In this document: piece by piece, positions 26,377 to 36,500 of the stretch
How the letters are laid out: each line of letters opens with the position of its first letter
Position numbering within the stretch: the stretch's first letter is position 1
From: Elusimicrobiota bacterium
Lineage (GTDB): Bacteria > Elusimicrobiota > Endomicrobiia > CG1-02-37-114 > JAHJSO01
DNA: 64,000 bases
Direction: 5' to 3'
Assembly: GCA_043826435.1 (NCBI GenBank)
Contig: JBDRQF010000053.1
Coordinates: forward strand, 896 to 64,895
Program-made: the position numbers and the translations under genes
The notes under the pieces: generated by a model
Seen by the model: the letters and a program-made list of their open reading frames with translations, nothing else
The model's database searches: none
What the model was told of the DNA's origin: nothing

Positions 26377-27582
26377 ATGAAAAACCCCCTGTTAGCATTT
26401 TTCATTTCGGTGAGTTTGTTTCTTGCAGTCAGCCAGGCAAGGGCGCAAGAGTTATCCCCCGGTACATTCCATGACGATCTCGCGTATTATTACAGGGTCA
26501 GCGAAAAGCAGGACCTAAGTCCCAACGACAGGTATTACATCCTCCTGAAAATAAAAAATAAATACAAGAACACGAACATAAACATTTCAAAACTGGAAAC
26601 AGAAATTGATAAACTGAAGGTTGAAAAGAGCAAACTGATTGACGGCCAGACGGCTGTCGCACCTGAACTTCCGAAGAACAGCCAGCCCCCGGTCCTGCCC
26701 CAGACAATGCCTCAGTCCCGGACATCCTCACCGCCCGTGGACAAGAAATACAAAATTGAACAGGGAGACATCCTTGCCATCAACGTAACGCCGGCTGAAG
26801 AGGTTTCAAGGGAAGTAATAGTCAAGCCGGACGGGACTATCTCGTTGCCGCTCGTCGGCAGCATTAAGGCGGAAGGCATGACTGCCGAAGAACTTTCAAG
26901 GATGCTTGAGAAGAATCTTTCAGTTTACATTACAGGCCCGAAGGTCTCAATAAACATGAAGCATTTCAGCAGGAGACAGATTTTTGTAATGGGCCAGATA
27001 AACAGGGCGGGGGCGTATGAATTCAGGCCGGGGTTGCGTATTTTTGAACTAATTTCCATTGCAGGAGGCCTCGGGAAAGAGGCATCTGCAAAGAATATCA
27101 GGGTGCACCGCGGCGAGAGGGAAAACAGGAAGACATTTACCGTGAACCTTGACGAGGTAATAAAATCAGGCGACCTGTCAAAGGATTTTGCCCTTGAATC
27201 GGGGGACATAATTGAAATCCCGAGAGAGCCGAAAAGTGTTTCTGTGATAGGGGCAGTAAATTCGCCGGGCGTGTATGAATGGCACGGGGGTATGCGCGTG
27301 CTGGATGCAATCTCTGCTGCAAAAGGACATTCCGAAATTGCAAGTTTAGGGGCGGTGAGGGTTTTCCGGGAGACATCCGAAGGCAAAAAAAGATTAAAGA
27401 TAGTCCCCGTGAATAAAGTGCTGGCAGGGAACACACAGCACGATATTGACCTTGAGCCGGGAGACATTGTATATGTGCCGAAAAGGGCGCTTGCCACAGG
27501 CCAGTGGTTTGTCCAGACCGTTCTGCCGTGGCTTTCGCTGATATCTTTGGTTCTTGTAATTATTGCCTATACTCCGAAATAG
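26377..27582 (+). CDS. wza: Wza-like outer-membrane polysaccharide export protein (Poly_export + SLBB domains) with an N-terminal coiled-coil extension
   Basis: 'YKIEQGDILAINV...VIVKPDGTISLPLVGSIKAEGMTAEELSRMLEKNL' (Poly_export). 'SVIGAVNSPGVYEW' (SLBB). C-terminal hydrophobic helix. Confidence 0.6.
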   Translation: MKNPLLAFFISVSLFLAVSQARAQELSPGTFHDDLAYYYRVSEKQDLSPNDRYYILLKIKNKYKNTNINISKLETEIDKLKVEKSKLIDGQTAVAPELPKNSQPPVLPQTMPQSRTSSPPVDKKYKIEQGDILAINVTPAEEVSREVIVKPDGTISLPLVGSIKAEGMTAEELSRMLEKNLSVYITGPKVSINMKHFSRRQIFVMGQINRAGAYEFRPGLRIFELISIAGGLGKEASAKNIRVHRGERENRKTFTVNLDEVIKSGDLSKDFALESGDIIEIPREPKSVSVIGAVNSPGVYEWHGGMRVLDAISAAKGHSEIASLGAVRVFRETSEGKKRLKIVPVNKVLAGNTQHDIDLEPGDIVYVPKRALATGQWFVQTVLPWLSLISLVLVIIAYTPK

Positions 27583-27617
27583 GAATACCGGCAGCAATCA
27601 ACATGGAGGAGATTTAA

Positions 27618-29507
27618 TTGGAACAATACGGGCTGACCGTCTATGATTACTGGCGTATAATAAGACGCAGGAAATTCATAATATTTTTCAGCGTAGTGAG
27701 CGTCCTAATTTTCACCTGGATTTTTACGAACCTGCAGACCCAGGTATATCAGGCGACGGTGGTAGTTAAGGTTGAACCATCTCTTATTGTTCCCGGCGTT
27801 TCAACCGAGTTGTTAGGGTGGGACATGCTTGCCGCAATAAACACCGAGGTGAAGATAATAAAGAGCGCCGTGGTGGCTAAAAGGACGGCGTTAAAACTCG
27901 GGCTGCTTCCCCCTGTTATAACCGAAGAAGAACAAAATTCAATAATAGCGAACGTGCAATCAAAGATAGAGGCGGAAAGGGTAAGCGACACAAACCTTAT
28001 AAAAATAATGAGCACGGGCGCCGACCCCGATGAGTTATACAAATTAGCGAACGTCACGGCGGAGGTTTACATAGAAAAGGGTATTGAAGACAGGACGAGG
28101 AGGGCAAGGGAGTTAAGGGAGTTTATAGAAACGCAGCTGACGGATGCAGGACAGAAATTGAAAGAGTCGGAGGAGAAACTAAGAAAATGGACGGAACAGA
28201 CGGGCGCCACTGGGATGGGGGGACACCTTGCCCTGCAGGCCGTGAACCTTCAGACACGGCAGGCGGACCTGCTTAAAAAATACACCGCGAAACACCCTGA
28301 CGTCGTTGAAATAAAAAAGCAGATTAAAACAATTGAAGACCAGATGAGGCAACTGCCGAGGGAGGAACTGGAATACGCCCGCCTGATTCGCGACGCAAAA
28401 CTGAATGAGGAACTCTACACCCTCCTTGCAAAGAGGCACAAAGAGGCGCAGATATCAGAGGCGGACAGGGTCCAGAGTGCGTTTATTGTGACGCCCGCAA
28501 CGAGGCCGTCTTACCCGATAAAACCCAACAAGATTATGAATATTACTCTTGGAGGCCTGGTGGGTATTTTCGTCGGGTTTATCTTTGCGCTTGTTACCGA
28601 GCACATAGACACGTCTATCGGGACCATAGAGGAACTTGAAACATACCTGCAGTTGCCTGCGATAGGGATAATACCGCACATAGAGGGGGTGTCTAGAAGA
28701 GGGGGGTTCAGGATTGATGCGGGGTTGTTCCGCAGGGCGGACGACATTGACGATATAAGAAGAAAACTCATTGTCTCCCACTCAACAAAATCTCCTTTTG
28801 TAGAGGCGTATCACACGCTCAGGACAAACATAAAATTTGTGAAAGAGGAAATGCCCGGGCCAGGCGCCAGCATCCTGGTTACCTCATCAGGGGTAAGCGA
28901 GGGGAAAACGTTGACTGCAATAAACTTTGCACTCGCTGCCTCGCAGGTAGGCATAAAGACCCTGTACATGGAACTGGACCTCCGCCGGCCGGCCGTTCAT
29001 AAAATTTTTGGAATTAAGAGAGCACCTGGTTTCAGCGATTGCATCCTCGGAAAGAAAAGATGGACGGACATCCTCCGCGGCACGACCGATTTCCTGATGG
29101 GAGAAATCGCACTGGATAAAATCATCAGGAGCCCGGGGCTTGAAAACCTGAAAATTATTCCGTGCGGCTCAATACCGCCAAACCCGGTTGACACGTTGAA
29201 CTCGCCGTTTGTGGGAGAGGTGCTGGACGAGATGCGCCGGAGTTTTGAACTGATTGTCTGCGACTGCCCGCCCGTCCTGCTATTTGCGGATTCGCTTATC
29301 CTGTCAAAACACGTGAACTCGGTTATAATAGTTTACAGGGTAGGCAGGATAGCCCGCGGGGCGCTGAAGAGGACAAAGGAGCAATTGGTGTCCGCAAAGG
29401 CAAACGTTTTAGGGGTTGTTCTGAATGACATAAAGGCAAGCGAGATGGAACCGAGATACGGATATTATTACGATTACAAGTATTACGCGGATGCGGAAAA
29501 GAAATAG
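27618..29507 (+). CDS. wzc: Wzc-like polysaccharide co-polymerase / BY-family tyrosine autokinase
   Basis: TTG start after GGAGGA. Wzz-type N-terminus with a TM helix. Periplasmic coiled coil. Second TM. Walker A 'VTSSGVSEGKT'. Tyr-rich tail 'YGYYYDYKYY'. Confidence 0.7.
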   Translation: MEQYGLTVYDYWRIIRRRKFIIFFSVVSVLIFTWIFTNLQTQVYQATVVVKVEPSLIVPGVSTELLGWDMLAAINTEVKIIKSAVVAKRTALKLGLLPPVITEEEQNSIIANVQSKIEAERVSDTNLIKIMSTGADPDELYKLANVTAEVYIEKGIEDRTRRARELREFIETQLTDAGQKLKESEEKLRKWTEQTGATGMGGHLALQAVNLQTRQADLLKKYTAKHPDVVEIKKQIKTIEDQMRQLPREELEYARLIRDAKLNEELYTLLAKRHKEAQISEADRVQSAFIVTPATRPSYPIKPNKIMNITLGGLVGIFVGFIFALVTEHIDTSIGTIEELETYLQLPAIGIIPHIEGVSRRGGFRIDAGLFRRADDIDDIRRKLIVSHSTKSPFVEAYHTLRTNIKFVKEEMPGPGASILVTSSGVSEGKTLTAINFALAASQVGIKTLYMELDLRRPAVHKIFGIKRAPGFSDCILGKKRWTDILRGTTDFLMGEIALDKIIRSPGLENLKIIPCGSIPPNPVDTLNSPFVGEVLDEMRRSFELIVCDCPPVLLFADSLILSKHVNSVIIVYRVGRIARGALKRTKEQLVSAKANVLGVVLNDIKASEMEPRYGYYYDYKYYADAEKK

Positions 29508-30907
29508 GATACGATGCTCCGGGCAGCCCTCTTGCCCATGCCCATCGCTTCAATAACTGTCCCTTCCCCTCCGACGATGTCACCCCCCGCAAACACCTTC
29601 TTTATTGATGTTTCCATCGTGTCGGGGTTCACCCTGATACTGCCGTCACCGGCGGTTTCCAGCCCGGCGGTAACCCTCTGGATAACAGGATTGGGTTTAA
29701 GCCCCATTGCAATGATTGCGGTGTCCGCAGGTAGAACAAATTCAGAACCGCGGACAGGTACGGGCGACTGCCTGCCGGAAGAGTCCTTCTCTCCGAGCGT
29801 GCATTTTAGACATTTAACGCCCGTTACGTATCCGTTTTTATCTCCGGTAAATTCTACCGGCTGGGTCAAAAATGTAAATTTTATTCCTTCCTCTTTTGCG
29901 TGCCGAATCTCCGCCAGGCGCGCAGGCATTTCCTTTTCTGTCCTCCGGTATAATATTGTGACGTCACAGCCCAGACGCAGGGCTGACCTTGCAGCGTCCA
30001 TTGCCGTGTTGCCCCCGCCTATGACCGCGACATTTTTTCCCGTGTTTATTGGCGTGTCGTATTTCCCGGGGTCGTTGCCGCCCATGAGATTTATTCTCGT
30101 TAAAAACTCATTCGCCGAATAAATCCTGCAGAGGTTTACCCCGGGTGCGCCCGGAAAAACGGGCAGTCCGGCGCCCGTTCCAATGAAGATTGAAGAATAT
30201 CCCATTTTGAATAAGTCATCCAGCGTCCGGAGTTTGCCGATTATCGCATTGCAGATAACCTCAACCCCTAACGATTTAACATATTGAATCTCCCGCTCAA
30301 TAATATTTTTCGGCAGGCGGAATGAGGGTATGCCATATCTTAAAACGCCCCCGGGTTCGTGCAGCGCCTCAAAGATGGTAACGCTGACCCCTGCTTTTGC
30401 AAGGTCGGCGGCGCAGGTGAGCCCTGCAGGGCCTGACCCGACGACAGCGACCTTCTTTTTACCGTCAGCAACGGTTTTTTCGTCCGGTGGATGTTTGCCG
30501 TCCGTTTCGGTTTTCGGGCAGTCCTCCCCGACCGCGTTGCTTATCTCCCAATCAGCAGCGAACCTTTCCAGACATCCGATTGCGACGGATAACCCGCCCT
30601 TTTTGCCTAACACGCATTTTATTTCACACTGGGTCTCTTGCGGGCATACCCTGCCGCATACACCCGGAAGGTTATTCTTTTCCTTCAGGGTTTTTATCGC
30701 CCCGGAAAAATTCTTTTCGGCAATCTCTTTTATGAATTTAGAGATGTCTATGCCGACCGGGCACCCTTCAATGCACTTTGGTTTCTTGCACCGGATGCAC
30801 CTGGCCGCTTCCATTATTGCCTGCTGTTCCGTATATCCGAGGGCGACCTCAGTAAAGTTGTTTTTTCTTTCGGCCGCAGGGGCTTCAGGCATCTTATTTC
30901 TTGTCAT
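29483..30907 (-). CDS. nfnB: NfnB/SudA/GltD-like NAD(P)H-dependent FAD/FeS oxidoreductase large subunit
   Basis: Cys clusters 'CIRCKKPKCIEGCP' and 'CPQETQCEIKC'. FAD/NAD folds 'VAVVGSGPAGL' and 'VAVIGGGNTAMD'. It pairs with the NfnA-like gene upstream. Confidence 0.6.
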   Translation of the reverse strand: MTRNKMPEAPAAERKNNFTEVALGYTEQQAIMEAARCIRCKKPKCIEGCPVGIDISKFIKEIAEKNFSGAIKTLKEKNNLPGVCGRVCPQETQCEIKCVLGKKGGLSVAIGCLERFAADWEISNAVGEDCPKTETDGKHPPDEKTVADGKKKVAVVGSGPAGLTCAADLAKAGVSVTIFEALHEPGGVLRYGIPSFRLPKNIIEREIQYVKSLGVEVICNAIIGKLRTLDDLFKMGYSSIFIGTGAGLPVFPGAPGVNLCRIYSANEFLTRINLMGGNDPGKYDTPINTGKNVAVIGGGNTAMDAARSALRLGCDVTILYRRTEKEMPARLAEIRHAKEEGIKFTFLTQPVEFTGDKNGYVTGVKCLKCTLGEKDSSGRQSPVPVRGSEFVLPADTAIIAMGLKPNPVIQRVTAGLETAGDGSIRVNPDTMETSIKKVFAGGDIVGGEGTVIEAMGMGKRAARSIVSYFFSASA

Positions 30908-31760
30908 TTAATTTTTTTATTGCCTCCCGCTCCTGCCCGGAAAAAAGTTTAACGCGGTTTTCAAGTTCATCCCAGTTTATGTCATCTCCGTCAAATTCAG
31001 GCCCGTCAACACATGCAAATTTCATTTTTCCCGAGACGGTTACCCTGCAACTGCCGCACATGCCCGTACCGTCAATCATAATGGGGTTAAGGGAAACAAC
31101 GGTTCTTATGCCTGCCTCTTTTGCAATTTCACAAACCCTTTTCATCATGAGGACCGGCCCCGCAGAATAAACGAGCGAAATCCCTCCGCTCCCCGGCGCC
31201 GTCACAAGTTTTTTAAGAACGTCCGTTACGAACCCCTTGTCTCCCGCAGTCCCGTCGTCGGTAGCGATGAAGAGCCGGTCGCCCGCCTTTTTAAAATCGT
31301 CCAGAAGTATCAGCATTGACGCCGACCTCGCCCCGACAATGACGTCCACCGTATTGCCTTTTGATTTAAGCGCCCCGCACACCGGAAGGACTTCCGCGGC
31401 CCCGACTCCGCCCGCCACGACTACCACATTCCCATAATACATTATTTCAGCCGCTTTGCCTAATGGACCTGCGATGTCATGCAGGGCATCCCCGGGTTTG
31501 AGACGTCCGAGCAGAGTGGTAGTAACCCCTACTTCCTGGAATACGATTGTAAGAATGCCCGTGGCAGGGGTTTTTTTAGCAACGGTCAGGGGGATTCTCT
31601 CCCCGTTCTTATGGACCCTTATAATTACAAACTGTCCCGGCTGAATTTTCCGTGCGATTTCAGGCGAGAACACTTCAATTTGTTTGATTTTTTCTGCAAG
31701 CGGCAGGATGCTTATGATGTTATTCTTTTTCAAGTTCAATGTTCCAGTAAACGCTGTCAA
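30894..31760 (-). CDS. nfnA: NfnA/SudB-like ferredoxin-NADP reductase-type small subunit (PyrK-like, [2Fe-2S])
   Basis: 'GQFVIIRVHKNGERIPLT' (FAD-binding barrel). 'VVAGGVGAA'. C-terminal 'CGSCRV' Cys motif. Confidence 0.55.
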   Translation of the reverse strand: MTAFTGTLNLKKNNIISILPLAEKIKQIEVFSPEIARKIQPGQFVIIRVHKNGERIPLTVAKKTPATGILTIVFQEVGVTTTLLGRLKPGDALHDIAGPLGKAAEIMYYGNVVVVAGGVGAAEVLPVCGALKSKGNTVDVIVGARSASMLILLDDFKKAGDRLFIATDDGTAGDKGFVTDVLKKLVTAPGSGGISLVYSAGPVLMMKRVCEIAKEAGIRTVVSLNPIMIDGTGMCGSCRVTVSGKMKFACVDGPEFDGDDINWDELENRVKLFSGQEREAIKKLNDKK

Positions 31761-32316
31761 TAAATTTCTGCCAGGATGATTTTACTTTAGCAGGGCTTTT
31801 CAGAATTAACGAGAGGCATGGGTTTACCGCAGGACGGTTCGGTTTGATTTTAAGTTTCATCCCTGCCTCTTCAAGCAGGAAACTACCCTTTTTAAGGTTG
31901 CATGAGATACAGGAAGTTACCACATTTTTCCAGTCGGTCCTACCTCCGCGGGAGCGCGGGACAACGTGGTCAAGGTTTAATTGTGTCGGAGGTAACTTTT
32001 TACCGCAGTAACAGCACTTGTAGTTGTAGTGTTCGTATATGTTTCGTCTTGTGAATTTCACGTCCCTGAAAGGCACCCTGTCGTAGAATTTCAGGGCGAT
32101 GACCTCTGGTATGGCGATTCTCAATGCAGGGGTTTTTACAAACCCGCCCGGGTGGGCCTTTATATACCGGGAGATTTCACACCAGTCACCGAAGGAATAC
32201 GTCTTGTATTCTTCGTCAACGACGGATGCCCTGTCCATATAGACAAGACGCAGAGCCCTCCGCCATGTAGTAATCTGTATTGCAAAAAAGTTTCTGTTTA
32301 ATACAAGGACATCCAT
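31720..32316 (-). CDS. Stand-alone HNH endonuclease
   Basis: 'CCYCGKK...LDHVVPRSRGGRTDWKNVVTSCISCN' is the HNH/zinc-finger motif. The 3' end overlaps the nfnA start by 41 bp. Confidence 0.65.
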   Translation of the reverse strand: MDVLVLNRNFFAIQITTWRRALRLVYMDRASVVDEEYKTYSFGDWCEISRYIKAHPGGFVKTPALRIAIPEVIALKFYDRVPFRDVKFTRRNIYEHYNYKCCYCGKKLPPTQLNLDHVVPRSRGGRTDWKNVVTSCISCNLKKGSFLLEEAGMKLKIKPNRPAVNPCLSLILKSPAKVKSSWQKFIDSVYWNIELEKE

Positions 32317-32573
32317 TGTTAAGTTATTCTTGATTTAGTCGATTTTCTGACATGGCGCACATCTGTTTCTTCTTTTGTTTTGATTTTTTCGGGTCTTTCA
32401 ATAAAGTGAGCAATCGGGGATAACTTCATCTAATATAGTGGGCAAAATTATCCTATTAACTTTAATTCTGCCACCCAAAATGCTCCACTTTTTTCCTTTC
32501 TTCCGTAATAAAGCAAAAATCTTAATCTGTCTGTACTACCCACTCTTTTAGAAAGACCTAAATAATGGAATGA

Positions 32574-33545
32574 TTAAAATCTTGCAGAAAAACTTATTCT
32601 GTGTGTATCACCAAGTAAACCATATGGCACAAATGAATAATCCATCTGGTAGTTGGTGAAGAGTTTCAAGCCAAGCCCTGCTCCAAAGCCTGTGAAATTT
32701 GTCTTATCTATATTATCTTGTGTTATTATGTCTTTATTTGATATTACACCTTCTATTAACTTACCTGCATATCCTGCTCGTAGTGCTAATATATTTACTG
32801 GACAATATTCTGTCCCTACACTTACTATTGTTCTTCCTTCGTATATTTGTTGTTTTATATCAACTGCTACTGTTATTGCACTTATAGTGTAGCCGAGTCC
32901 TGCTGTAACGGTTAATGGCAGATTGTATCCTTCTGAGATAAATTTCATCTGTGGACCTATGTTCTGTATTGATAGCCCTGCTTTCAGGTTGTTTATTGGT
33001 GTCTGGTAAAGTGTTCCTAAATCTATTGCTACTCCCTGTGCTGTGTGGTTTTCTATGTTTTGCTGAATGATCTTAAGATTTAATCCTGCTGAGAGTGATT
33101 TTGAAAGTTCTGGCATGACTTTACTATAACTCAATGTTACTGCAAGGTCATTTGCAGAAAATGGATTGGTTCTTTGACGATTCACATCTCTACCTTCTAT
33201 TTCTCCTTGAGATAAATATATTACACTCCCTGCAACAACTCCTGACTTGAGAGGGTGAGCATAACTAATAAAGTCAAGTTTTGTATCTACTAACCATTCT
33301 GTATGCATTGCTGAGATTTCTCTTTTGCTTAATTGTGCAAGTCCTGCTGGATTCCAGTGTATTGCTGTTACATCGGTTGCTACAGCGGTAAATGCAGAAC
33401 CCATTCCTATTGGACGAGCACCTATGCCAATATTAAGAAACGAAGCACCTGTTGTTTCTGAAAAACAGTTAGCAATTGTAAAACAGAATAATAGTAAAGT
33501 TACAGTTGATAACACTGAAATTTTTTTGATAATGTTTCTGTTCAT
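32574..33545 (-). CDS. PorV/PorQ-family-like outer-membrane beta-barrel protein, paralog of 24931-25902, directly downstream of the minus-strand cargo gene
   Basis: 'TTGASFLNIGIGARPIGMGSAFTAVATDVTAIHWNPAGL'. C-terminal '...GLLGDTHRISFSARF'. 323 aa. Confidence 0.55.
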   Translation of the reverse strand: MNRNIIKKISVLSTVTLLLFCFTIANCFSETTGASFLNIGIGARPIGMGSAFTAVATDVTAIHWNPAGLAQLSKREISAMHTEWLVDTKLDFISYAHPLKSGVVAGSVIYLSQGEIEGRDVNRQRTNPFSANDLAVTLSYSKVMPELSKSLSAGLNLKIIQQNIENHTAQGVAIDLGTLYQTPINNLKAGLSIQNIGPQMKFISEGYNLPLTVTAGLGYTISAITVAVDIKQQIYEGRTIVSVGTEYCPVNILALRAGYAGKLIEGVISNKDIITQDNIDKTNFTGFGAGLGLKLFTNYQMDYSFVPYGLLGDTHRISFSARF

Positions 33546-33581
33546 TGATTTTCTACCTCTACAGTAGTTTCTTGCTCACTA

Positions 33582-36500
33582 TTATTTTATCACTGCAACT
33601 TTATTCAGTGATTTTATTACTTTGTCATCTTTCTGTGCACGGACTAGATATATGAATACACCTGATGCTACATCGGGAGTATCCCAGGTGTATTCATACG
33701 CATATTTGTTGTCTATGATTTTCCAGTCATTACCAGAAATTTCAACTGAATGCACCAACTCTGCTGCTATGTTGTATATTTGTATTTCAATTTTATCTGC
33801 AGTACCTACTTCTATGTGTATCGTTGGGTTCTTACCTTCTTTTGCTGGATTTGGAAACGCATATACTTCACCAAGTTTGAATGTTGGGTCTGCAGTAATT
33901 TTTGGTTCTGGTTGTTCATCTGTTGACGGTGGTTCAGAAATAGCCACACCAGGAATGGGTGACATAATCTGATATAGTGAGAAATGGTTTGTCTCACAGG
34001 AAAGAGTATTTTCATCTGGATTGACTTTTGAACTTTCTATAGGTTCCCACAAACTTTTTTCTTCATTCCAGTAATATATTTTTAAGTCAGTCTCATCAAT
34101 ATATTTCACATTTTCATCAGTATAGTTCATTACAATTGTTATTGGTTTAGCAAATTGATTTGTGTCAGCATTAAATTCATAGCCTTTACCAACAGGTCTA
34201 ATTTTTATTTTCTCTGCTGATAATTTCTTACCATAACTAACCTGAACTGACATTGCAAGTATTTCTGTTTCTTTTCCTAACGCTCCTTTCGGTATAATCA
34301 ACTTTACACCGTCAGAACTTGTCAATTCGTCACCTTCAGATGAAACTTTTGTCATTATACTCGGTGAAATTATTTTGATTGTATCACTACCTATAAATTT
34401 TATCGGTTTGGATTCTATGTCAATTTCACCTTCAACTGTAATTTTTATTTCATCAGCAGGTATTACTACTTTTTGTAGTGCCTCTCTATCAAACTTCACC
34501 ATAAGGTCAGGTATACCGTCGTTGTCATGGTCGCCAATTCCTTTTGGTTTTGTCTCGGCATAAATTGGCTCTATTTCCATATTACCAATTTTTGTAATCT
34601 TTAATGTATTAATATTAACATCTTTCAGGTTATATTCAGTCGGTAATTCAATATATGCCGTAACCCATTTACCTTTTGATTTCAAGTTTAATGTATCAGG
34701 GTCAATATCAACAATAGCAACAACATGCGGTTCTTTACTAAATAGCGCATATAAAGATACTTGATATATCTCTGCTACTATACGATTGTTTGCTAAGTCA
34801 ACAAATTGATTTATTCCTGTAGTAACCCAAGTTGTTCCATCATACCGACGAATTTCTAAATTATTCCCGTCAAGTACAGGATCGTAAAGAAAAACTAAAA
34901 TTGCAGGTGCTAGAAAACTGCCCTGCGTTACATTTATATCATAAATAGCACTTTGTAAGAAAAGTCCTTTGTCGTTTATAGCATATGCTGTAGTAACCGG
35001 GATAGAAACTGTAGTAATACTTACATCAAAAGTAGGGTCGTGTCGTAAAATAATGTCTAAATAACTTGTACTAATTGTATTTGATTTAACTAATTCTATT
35101 GTTCCACTTTTGGGCTCTGAAGTAATCCATGGTACTGTAGGGGCTGGTTTATATCTTACCCAGGTATCATATTTATACACAGCAAAATTATAGTTGTCTG
35201 TATACCAGGAAACATTTTGAGTTAGACCTTCTGTAAACTTACCAAGGTCGCCAAAATCAATTGTTGTTATTGGGAGGATACTTGTTGAAGTTATTACTAT
35301 CTTAAACTGAAGTTCTACATTATCACCAGGAGCACATCCAGTAAAACTTATTGTTGATGTACTACCAATCACTATCGGGTCGGGGAAATCAATTAAATCA
35401 ACTACAATAGGTGCTGCTGTATCTACCTTTATAGCAAATGCACTTATCTTTTCTTGGCTTTCTTGTAGTGAAGGATTACTTGCTTTAACCTTGAGATAAT
35501 AGTTCCCGGATTTGATTTCTCCTGTTTGTTTCTTACCATCCCAGACAAATGAATGTAATCCACCAGATTGTGAAATTCTAGTTGCAAGTGTTCGTGCAAC
35601 TGTGCTTTTGTCTGATTCAAGTATTTCAACAGTTACTTCTTCTGCGGTTTCACTTAATATATATGAAACCGTACTTGTTTCACTTTCAAAAGGATTAAAT
35701 CTACTTGGTGTTGCTGATAAATTACTTATCGTTATTGATTTAACATTTATTACAAATTTGTCATTAGTATCAGGTAACATTACATTACCAACTAAATCAC
35801 TCGCATTCATAACAGTTATCTTTGCTATACCATCACCAGTATTCGGGTCAATTGCTACATCACTTGCAACTGTATATGTATCACTTGATTTATATGTAGT
35901 TGACCAAACAGGATTTGTATTTGCATATAAAGGTGGTACAACACCTTCCGGGTCAAAATATACCGTCGGTGGCTTTGTCAAATCCATCGATTCAGAGAAA
36001 ATTATCTTAAATATAGGTAATGTTCCAACTGCAGTAACTGTGCTTGGTGTAACTGTAATTGAAGTTGCTACTGGTGGAACACCATCCTTTGCTTGAATTG
36101 ATGAACCGATGACAGCATAATTTCCTGCTAGATCTGCAATTGAACTTACAATTATTACCCAGGGGTTAGCATCTGTTGGCATTACTGATGTTAAAGTTAT
36201 TTCAACTATTGTGTCTGTAATCAAACTGCCTGATTGCACAGTAAAACTTTCAACATTAAAGTCATTGCCACTTACTGTAGCAGCATCTAATTTCTCACTG
36301 AAAATTACATGAATTGTTGACGTACTTTTTGTTACTGCTGAAATTAATGATGGCGGAGTTTTATCACAAATTGCCCATGCTTGATTATTACCTACAGTTT
36401 GAATATTACCATCTTTATCCACTGGTTGAATAGTGTAGTAATAAACTACTCCGTCGATCAAACCTATACCTGAATCAATATATTTTGTAACTGTTGTTGT

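Noticed and set aside
29514-30911. Plus-strand ORFs of 202 aa and 193 aa, and similar antisense ORFs inside the GT4-kinase (41649-42530), TIGR03545-like (51063-51650), wecA (53528-54001) and cargo (33622-36096) genes
   Set aside because: They are antisense to strongly supported domain-bearing genes and have low-complexity Pro/Ser/Ala composition typical of shadow frames.
8731-33545. Calling the three barrel proteins definitively PorV (rather than PorQ, PorP/SprF or generic FadL)
   Set aside because: Only the N-terminal motif and overall size or patterning can be judged by eye. Their position downstream of cargo mirrors PorP/SprF-type partners, so the subfamily is left open.
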